A stretch of DNA of 64,000 nt from Piromyces finnis finn (lineage: Eukaryota; Fungi; Neocallimastigomycota). The position numbers and the translations under genes were made by a program. The notes beneath the pieces are model-generated. The model did not search any database, had not been told where the DNA came from, and saw only the letters and a program-made list of their open reading frames with translations. Shown here in pieces: positions 55,501 through 64,000 of this stretch (the stretch's first letter is position 1; each line of letters opens with the position of its first letter). The stretch is from assembly GCA_002104945.1 (NCBI GenBank), contig MCFH01000021.1:372001-436000 (forward strand), in the 5' to 3' direction.

Positions 55501-55575
55501 AATAGAAATAATAGATATAATAACCAGAATAATAAAAAAGCACCTAATAATAGCAATGCTTCTACCAGTAATTAA
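49502..55575 (+). CDS. XRN1: 5'-3' exoribonuclease 1 (10 exons)
   Basis: Motifs [110 protein letters not shown]. The long C-terminal region with GLKGTV and P/N-rich tail indicates Xrn1 rather than Rat1. Confidence 0.96.
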
Positions 55576-55985
55576 GCGTTCACCTTTTTTTTTTTTTTTA
55601 CTAATTATATATTTTTTTTAAAATTTATAGAATAGAAATTTGAAAATAAACAAATTAATAATGTAATTTTTTATTTATTAAATTTTCTGTATAATAAATA
55701 CATATATTTTATATTAATAATATTAATATTATATAATTAATAAAAGTTTTCTTTTTTTTTTTTTTTTTTTTTTTTTGTTGGTTTTTCTTATTATTACAAA
55801 AGAAATATCTTATTAACTATTGTTTACCAATAAAAATGGAATAATTTTAATGTTTTTAAACGAATAATAACTTTTTGATAATTTTTTGAATTTAGTACTT
55901 TCATTGAGATAACTAGACTTATACGTCCTATAATATGAAGTGAAATGTTATATTAAATGGGAAAAACTAAATTTTTTATTTCATT

Positions 55986-56910
55986 TTTCTTGGCAAAAAA
56001 AACATTCCATATGTAAATTACTTATTGTATAGTTACCACTGACAGTTCTCATATCATGCCTGCCTATGTTGTAGTTATTGAATTTAAAAATAACCTGCTA
56101 CTAAAAGAAATGAAAGAGAAAAAAATGTTTATAAAACTATATTTCCACATTCCTTTTTGATGGAATTTTAGCTAATTTTTTTTTTTTTTTTTTAAACCAG
56201 GAAGAGAATAACTTCTTGTATTTATTTATTTAATTTGGGAAATTACATTATATTAGATGATAATACATATTGATATAATAAATAATAAATAATAATATAT
56301 ATGCATATAAAAATACAAAAATACAAGAAAATAAAATAATTATTTAAGTTACATTAAAAGTTCAATGAACTTTGCAATTTGTACTGATTGATCCCTACCT
56401 AATAAATTAAATGAAAGAAAAAAGAGAAGTAGCATCGGGTATGATTATCCACTAAACTCTCCCATGAGCTCATAATATTTTCATTAGAAGAAATACTAAC
56501 ATTGAACCCCATGTACAGAGCATTAGGAATGTTTCTTTGCCATATCGGTGCGACGTCGGCGCTCTTGATTACGTTAAATGCTTTACTAAACCTATCAAAA
56601 AGTAGCTTCATTGAGCTACTAATAATAGGAATTGTTTTAGTAAGAAAAGTCGTGAGACTCTCTACATATGGAATATGAAATACCGATGAACTGTAAAGCT
56701 GTTACTTCAAATGTCTTTATTTCGCTTAAGCTAAAGTTCTGCCAAGAAATAACGTAAAAATATAGTTATAAATTGGTTTTCTTATTTCTATTTCAGGGAG
56801 TAAGTAAAAAAATTTTAGCTAATAGGCAGCTACAAATCAATATTAATAAACCGAGTGCATTTGTGTATACAATTCACAGGTCCTATATTCCTATATTGAG
56901 GATCTTAAAA
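55986..56910. mobile_element. Possible degenerate transposon or foreign-DNA remnant with nested inverted repeats
   Basis: GC-elevated patch at ~56400-56910. Inverted matches 55986-55995/56740-56749 (10 bp) and 56004-56015/56663-56674 (12 bp). About 100 open codons on the minus strand. Confidence 0.25.
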
Positions 56911-57249
56911 TTCTATTAGTCTAATATATAATTTTCTTTTCCATGTTTTTTTGCAAAAACATGGAAATTTCATTTGTAATTTAAAATAAAAAGTAAAATG
57001 TAAAAAAATATATATATATATAAAGCAATACTCTTTGTTTTTATTATTGATATTACATAAATTTTATTTTATTAAATTATTCTTTATTATTTATGATTAA
57101 TAATATTAATTTTTGTTCTACAAGTATAATACTTCATTTTTATAAAAAAAAAAAAAAATACTAAGATTTATGAAAATCTTTACTACTTTTTCTAATTTAT
57201 TTTTATTTTATTTTTAGAATTCTATATATAATTTTAATATAATATATGT

Positions 57250-58889
57250 CTATGAGAATTGGTTAGCATAATTCTTTTTTATTGGCTTCTTCTTCTTTCT
57301 TCCAGCAATTTCGATTCTTCTTTGTCTATTTCTAATTTGAATTTTTTCACCACTAGTTAATTGTTTGCAATATGGAATGTCATCATTATTTAAGATATGG
57401 TTTACATCTTCTGTACCATAACCTAATAATGTCTTCCAATAATATGAATTCAAGTGTTCTTGGTAAACAGCAAATTCGCGATTTCTATTAATCAAATTTG
57501 TTCTATCATTAATTGAAAATCTTTTTAACTTTGCTATTAAATCTTTCCAACTTGAGAAATAAATGAGATGTGGTGCAAGGTATACATCAAAGCATTCGAA
57601 AATCATTGATAAATAGTCTTTTCTAAGATCAAGATACTTTAAATAATTTGACATTTCAAGTTTTCCTGGATATTTTTCATTAAGTTCTTGAAGAAATTCT
57701 CTTGTTGGGACATAAATAATAACATCATTGCAAATGTTTTCCATAAGAGAGAATGGAGCTGGAGTATATGGAATATGTACTATAGCTTTATATTTTGAAA
57801 GAACTTCTGGACCTCCATAATCATAATCAAGAATTTCATATTTAATTCCATATTTTTGGAATTCTTCAATAAGATATTTTTCTTGGTTGTAACGATCAAA
57901 TACAGCCATTGTTTCATTAATGTGTGGTTTAGTATCAATAAGTGCTTTAACATATGAATTCTTTATAGTTGGTGAATAAGTGGATGACCTTACTTCGACA
58001 TACTTTGTACAATATAATCCGCGTTCACATGCATCATATAAATAACCTTTGAAAGGAATTACCATTATAACTTTATCTGAAGCAATTGCTTTATTTAATA
58101 AATTAGTAAAACTTTGCTTTTCATTTTCTGGTACAAAGTCATCAAATCTATTTTATTAGAATTTAAAATCATTATTTTATTATGAAATATATTATATATT
58201 TAAATTGTTATTATTATATTATAAAATTTTTTCTTCATTTAATATTAAAGAAATAATAAAAGGAAAATTATTTATATATTTATAACTTACGGTCTAGTTA
58301 AATGTAAAATTATCTTTGCTTTACAATTAGCTTTGATAAATGGTTTGGCTTCATATAAAATATCAGAAAATATTAAATAATCATATTTCTTACACATTTC
58401 CTCAACTTTTTCATTACAAGTCTTGCTTCCAGGTTCACATTGATTTATTCCTTTCTGTAAATTTATATATTTATATAAAATTTTAAAAAGCATATTAATA
58501 ATTATAAAATTCATAATTAATGCAAATAATAAATAAAAATTATGTAATTTATTTTTTTTTTTTTTTTTATTAATGTGGTTAATAAAATTTACCTCCATTT
58601 TATCAACTTGTGTTAAAGAAAAGCCAAAAGATGTGGAATATTGTTTTATTTCTGTTTTAGGATTAATTTGTTCAGCAAAATGAAATATATTCTTTCTTTC
58701 TTTCTTTTTTGGTATAAATTTTAATTCTCTTTTTGGTCCATAAAGATTTAAATTTATATCTTCTTTTAATTTTTCAGGTTGCTTTTTCTTTCCTTTAGAC
58801 ATCAAAGAAAAAAGCTTAAAAATTACAATTATGCTAATTGCATATATTATTAATCTTTTAAATTTACTGGTATATACTAAACGAGCCAT
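57250..58889 (-). CDS. Uncharacterised type II membrane protein, putative glycosyltransferase-like (3 exons)
   Basis: Exons 58889..58593, 58454..58291 and ~58148..57250. A single N-terminal TM (LIIYAISIIVIFKLF), a K-rich stem, then a globular domain with YDYLIFSD, KIILHLT and YGGPEVLSKYKAIVHIPY..SLMEN..IYVPTREFL. Confidence 0.75.
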
Positions 58890-60278
58890 TTTTAAATATT
58901 CAAAATTATGTTTAATTTATTATTTATTAACTTTATTTTATTTGTTTGTTTGTTTTGTTTTTTATTATTTTGGAAACTTTGTAATTTTTCTATAAATATA
59001 ATATTTATACTTATTTGGTTTTGTTTTATTTAATTTTTATTTCTATATATTATTATTTTTGATATATATTAATATTTTCATGGGATATTTATAATTTTAA
59101 ATTCTAAAATTCGAAAAAAAAAAAAAAAAGATACGAATATAATGTTTCTTCCTTTTATTATAGATTCCTTCTATATAGAGGATTTTAAATAGCAGATATT
59201 TTATACAATGATATTGTTAAATAAAATAATAATTTTACTTTTAATTATAATTTTTTATTTTGTTATTTAAAATTCATGTATATTATGAAATTAAATATAA
59301 TAAAAATATATTTATATCTTTTATTATTTATTTTTATAATTACTCTTTTTCTTTCTTTTATTTACTAATAAAGAAAAAGAAAAGTAAAAAAAAAAAGAGG
59401 TATTGTTTATTTTTAATTTGAATTTAAGATTAAAATTTTTCTAATATATATTTTTATAATAGATTTTTTTTTTTTTTTTTATAATATTAAATACATTTCA
59501 TTTATATTTATATTATAATGAGAATTATATTTAGTGAAAAATAAAATGATAAATTATTATTAAATATACTTTCTATTTAAACAATATATAATATATAATT
59601 CTATTATATTGCTTTAATATATATTGATTAATTAAAAAAAAAAAGAAGAAATAAAAAAGAAAATACTAAAATTTTATTTATATAATAAAGTACAATTATT
59701 CATTTTTTTTTAAATTTAATTAAACCTATAATATATTACAATTATTTTATTAATTATATTGAAATATATTGTAATATATTATATTATAATTATATTATAT
59801 ATTATTTTCACATTGCTTATATCTGTAAAATATATATTAAAGTTATATTTAATTTTGGGAGTAATCAATAATACAAATTCTATATAATAATATTTTATTA
59901 TTAATATATCTTAATTTAACAATAATATATTGTTAATATATAAGTATGGTGGATACATTCTTTAATAAAAATATCTGTATACAATATTGCCATCATTGGT
60001 TATATTGTTTTGTGTAAAATGTATGAAAAAAATATATTAAATAAACAACTATTAATTAATTAATTAATAATGACAAATAATTACAAAGCAAAATGAGAAT
60101 TATAGAAATGTTTGAATCTACCTGCTTTTAATTGTATCATATTGGATAAATATAGTAAAAATAAAAGTTTTAGAGTTTATTGGAAAAGTTTAAAAAAGTG
60201 TATATGTGAAATTAATTAACAAAGTATATTTTATCAAAATATTATTATAACAATAAAAAAATCATAACTTTCTAATTA

Positions 60279-60280
<2 letters not shown>

Positions 60281-60334
<54 letters not shown>

Positions 60335-60350
60335 TAATAATAATAATAAT
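60281..60350. repeat. (AAT)n trinucleotide microsatellite
   Basis: About 20 tandem AAT units, just downstream of the LIM gene 3' end. Confidence 0.95.
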
Positions 60351-60571
60351 ACATATTATTATTGTATCTTCTGTAAAAACTGTAATATAGCATATTCCAA
60401 AAATAAAATAATTTAAGTTATGATATATGATAATCTTAACCAAAAAATTTGTATTTAAAAATTTAAAAAAATAAGTTATATTATTTATTTTATAATTATA
60501 TATTAGGTAATACAATCACATTCAAAAAAAGTCTTTGTTTATTACATAATATTCATCTAATTATTAAACAT

Positions 60572-62577
60572 TTAAAGAACTTGACTTGCAACACAATTTT
60601 TGCAAATAATATTATTATCTGTAATCTTGAATAAACCGTCATAATTTCCATTATCATTAGTTATTAATTCTGAAATAGCCTTCTTACAACATGTACAGAA
60701 TACATGATTTGAGTGATAGAAATAATCACCTACTTTAATTCTTTTATTATCCACAATTTTGGTTTTACAAAAGTTACATTGGGAAGCAATTTCATAGTGT
60801 TCAGAACAATATGGAAAACCATCGATTTCGTAAAAGCTAGTTGATGTGAATGGTTTATTGCAAATCTTTTTGTTATATTATTATATTATGGATAAAATTA
60901 TAAATATAAGTATAATTAATAATTAATGTGTAGATTATAATCCTTTTTTTTTTCTACTTACATTGCATACAAAGCAATCAACATGCCATGGTTTATCTAA
61001 AGCAGTAATATAGCCACCACTAAGAATTGGTTCGTGACATTTATTACAACAAATTCCAAACAATTTTTGATAATCTTTATGGCAATAGGCTTTTCCATCT
61101 TTTTCTTCAATTATTGAATTAATTGGCTCATTACATTCACTGCATCGTAAATGATCAGGATGCCAATTTTTATCTAATGCTGTGATGTATTGCTATATGT
61201 ATTATTTCATTTATTATATTCAGTTATTTTAAAATAAAAGTGTTATTAATAATTAATTTCATAATTAAAGAAATAAAGTATATATTATATTTTAAATTTG
61301 TATTTTAAATATAGATAGATTTATATATAAAAGGTTAATATATGTATACAATACATACACCAGTAATAAATTCATTACAGAAAGCACATTTTACACCATG
61401 TTGATTGTTATAACAATCAACACATAATGCTCTCTCTTCAATTTCGAAAAATGGTTTACCATTAAGTGGACAATTACAGCCATTACATAAAAAGTGTTTT
61501 GGATGATAAAATTTTTTACCAGAAGACAAAATTGAACCAACAATTTTTTCATGACAATATTCACAGTAAATTGGCTTTGAACGATCTGGATTTAAATTAG
61601 TTGGTTGAACACAAATTTCAGTATCTGGATCAAGTTTATCAAAATCAGTGTCATTGTTTGGTTTATTAGTTTGAGTTGCTTCTATAGATGATGCTTGATT
61701 TTGAATAGAATTTGGAGATTGAGATGCTTGATTAGTTGGTTGTAATAAATTTGTTTGAGATTGAGATGTTTGTTGAGAAGGTTGTAATAAGTTTGTTTGT
61801 GATTGTGATTCTTGTTGAGAAGGTTGTAATAAGTTTGTTTGTGATTGAGATGATTGTCGAGATGGTTGTAATAAATTTGTTCGAGATTGAGATGATTGTC
61901 GAGATGGTTGTAATAAATTTGTTCGAGATTGATTTTGAGATACGGACAATGAGTTTAATGATTTTTCATTTTTTTCATGAGGATTAGTTGATAATTTGTT
62001 TTCAGACATTTGTAAATGTTCATTAATATTTTTGGATAATTGATCAATATCTTCATTCAATTTATCAACTTCTTCTTGATTCATAGATGGTTTCTCTTTA
62101 CCACTTTGACTAATATAAATGGTTTTGTGTGGATCATTATCTATATTAATTTATTTAAAATATATTAATTAAATCTAAATATCATCTTATTCTTTATGGT
62201 ATCTAATAAAATAAATAATCTACTTAATAATAATTGAAAATATAATTAAACTTCTATATTTTATCTATTTACTATTAGAAGTATTAGTTGCGTTGGGAAC
62301 TATATTATTAGTTGAAGCATCTTTATGTAATTCAGAGCCAATGGTAACACTACTTGTATTTCTACTATTTTGTTGGCTTTGTGGTCTTAATGGGTTATAA
62401 CCTGGTCTTAACGGATTATAATTTAATTTCTTTTTTGGTTCGGTACTTATTTTATTAGCTATAATAAAATAATTAATATTTAGTAATAAATAATTATAAA
62501 ATAATATATAATAAGTATTTCTTAAACACTTGTTAAAAAGTTTTCATTTTATTTATATTATTACCATCAGAACTCAT
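60572..62577 (-). CDS. Paxillin-like protein with four LIM domains (5 exons)
   Basis: LIM1 CEYC..HPKHFLCNGC..CVDC; LIM2 CAFC..WHPDHLRCSEC..CHKD; LIM3 CNKC..WHVDCFVCNIC..CSEH; LIM4 CNFC..HSNHVFCTCC..CKNC. Start MSSD at 62577. Confidence 0.85.
61739..61932. repeat. Coding 39-bp tandem repeat, 5 copies (13-aa SQS(R/Q)TNLLQPSxQ units) in the paxillin-like gene
   Basis: Direct repeats of gttgtaataaatttgttcgagattgagatgattgtcgagatg-like units. Confidence 0.92.
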
Positions 62578-63474
62578 TTTAATATTCAATAATTCAATTG
62601 ACTACTTTTATTTAAAAAATATTGAAGAAAATAAATCCATTAAAAAAAATTATGCTTATATATATATATTTATTATATTATTAATTTAAGTTAATATTTT
62701 TTACATTCAAAAAAAAAAATTATAAAGTTTTTTTTTAATGATGTTCCATTAAATATAAAAAATTTTCAAAATCTTATTATAATTAAATTTGAAATAATAT
62801 ATTAATGTTATAAATGTTATAAATATAAATTAGATTACAACAATAATTTTAATGAATTAAATATAATTGTAATTTAAATAGATTTTATAAAAATTTAAAA
62901 ATATATAATAGAATTTAAATAATTTTAAATTCAAAAAAAAAAAAAAAAAAAAAAAAAAATATTTGTATAACTATATGTGGTTTACAAATATAAATATTAT
63001 TCTCATTAATAATAATAATAAATACGATTATAATATTGTTATATTATTGGTAACAAAAAAAAAGTCTAAAAAAATATAGATACAAATATTTTAAGAAAAA
63101 TGGTTTTTGAAAATATATATATTTTGTTGGGTGTGATGTTGTAATTTTTGTTGACATTGATATTTCTTTGAATTAATGATGTTTATTAAAAAATTTTACT
63201 TATTTATTTATTTAGAATGAAATGTTTTTTATGAATTATTTATATATGGTATAAAAAAGTTTAGATTTTACAAGATAATGAAGTTTTAAAGCTTAAAGGA
63301 AACTTTATAGTATAAAAATATAAAATGTTTTAGAATATAAATTTGTATCTTAAAAAATAATAAATTGAGATATTATTTTTAATTATTAAATGTTTGTTTG
63401 TTTGTTTTTTTTTAATATTATTACTAATTGTTAATTAATATCTATAGCAATTTTCGAATGTTTTTATTTTTGAA

Positions 63475-64000
63475 TTACCAGCTGTAAAATGAAGATTCAT
63501 TTTTTATAATTTAAATTAAAAATAAAAATTATAATTATTTAGTGTTAAATATTATGTAATATATAATATATATGAAACATAAATGTAATAAAACTTACTC
63601 AAAGCGAAAACGTTCAATTAATTTAGTACTATCTTTCATATCTTTTTGAATCTTTTTCCGCATATAGAAAATAGGACAATCTTTACTGGTACAAATAATA
63701 TCTTGATGTAAACTGCCTTGGCATCTTTGACATTGAGTCCATAATCGAGAATATTTTCTTTCTGATATATTAAATTGTATTACTTGACGTTGATAAAGTT
63801 CACCAAGTTTTGGTTTACAATGAGAACAAACTGCTCTTTCTCCCTTTTGTAAAACAGCTTTACAACCAAGACAAGTTTCTTTTTTTACAGCAAATTTCAT
63901 TAAACCACCGATTGTTGGTGCTGCTACAGAAATAACACGGGTATGATCACCAGAAAGTAAAGATTGAGCTTTTTCTCCTAATACAGGTTCAAAAATTCTC
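63475..64000 (-). CDS. POL3: DNA polymerase delta catalytic subunit, 3' part (gene continues beyond the window)
   Basis: RIFEPVLGEKAQSLLSGDHTR, CysA (CLGC..VCSHC) and CysB (CQRCQGSLHQDIICTSKDCPIFYMRKK). Terminal intron 63598..63482 and a 7-nt exon 63481..63475 give ...RFRFDW*. Confidence 0.96.

Noticed and set aside
55268-55621. Ile-rich alternative-frame ORF
   Set aside because: Frame-shifted reading of the (AAT)-rich Xrn1 tail.
61736-61987. 83-aa repetitive ORF on the + strand
   Set aside because: Antisense shadow of the 39-bp repeat in the LIM gene.
1-64000. CRISPR arrays, tRNA, rRNA and intact transposases
   Set aside because: None seen. The tandem repeats lack unique spacers, and no T-loop/cloverleaf or rRNA signatures were found.

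Overview
Extremely AT-rich eukaryotic genomic DNA with short GT-AG spliceosomal introns. The composition and gene style suggest an anaerobic gut fungus (Neocallimastigomycota); this is inference. Exon structures were reconstructed by hand. In order: a (TTTTA)n array; a frameshifted ORF relic; an unexplained GC-elevated island; a multi-TM ER-type membrane protein; SPT20; a U5 snRNA gene missing from the ORF track; NAA20; UBA2; a penta-EF-hand protein; an SDR; a 15.5 kb gene-free divergent spacer; a Gcn4/Cpc1-type bZIP with candidate uORFs; an F-box/WD-like protein; an intronless secreted protein with two 6-Cys modules and a GH108-like lysozyme domain that lacks the catalytic Glu; XRN1; a second unexplained island with nested inverted repeats; an uncharacterised type II membrane glycosyltransferase-like protein; a 4-LIM paxillin-like protein; and the 3' end of POL3 with a 7-nt terminal exon. 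I found no clearly novel multi-gene system. The best leads are the GH108-like secreted protein, the uORF-bearing bZIP leader, the glycosyltransferase-like protein and the two foreign-looking islands.
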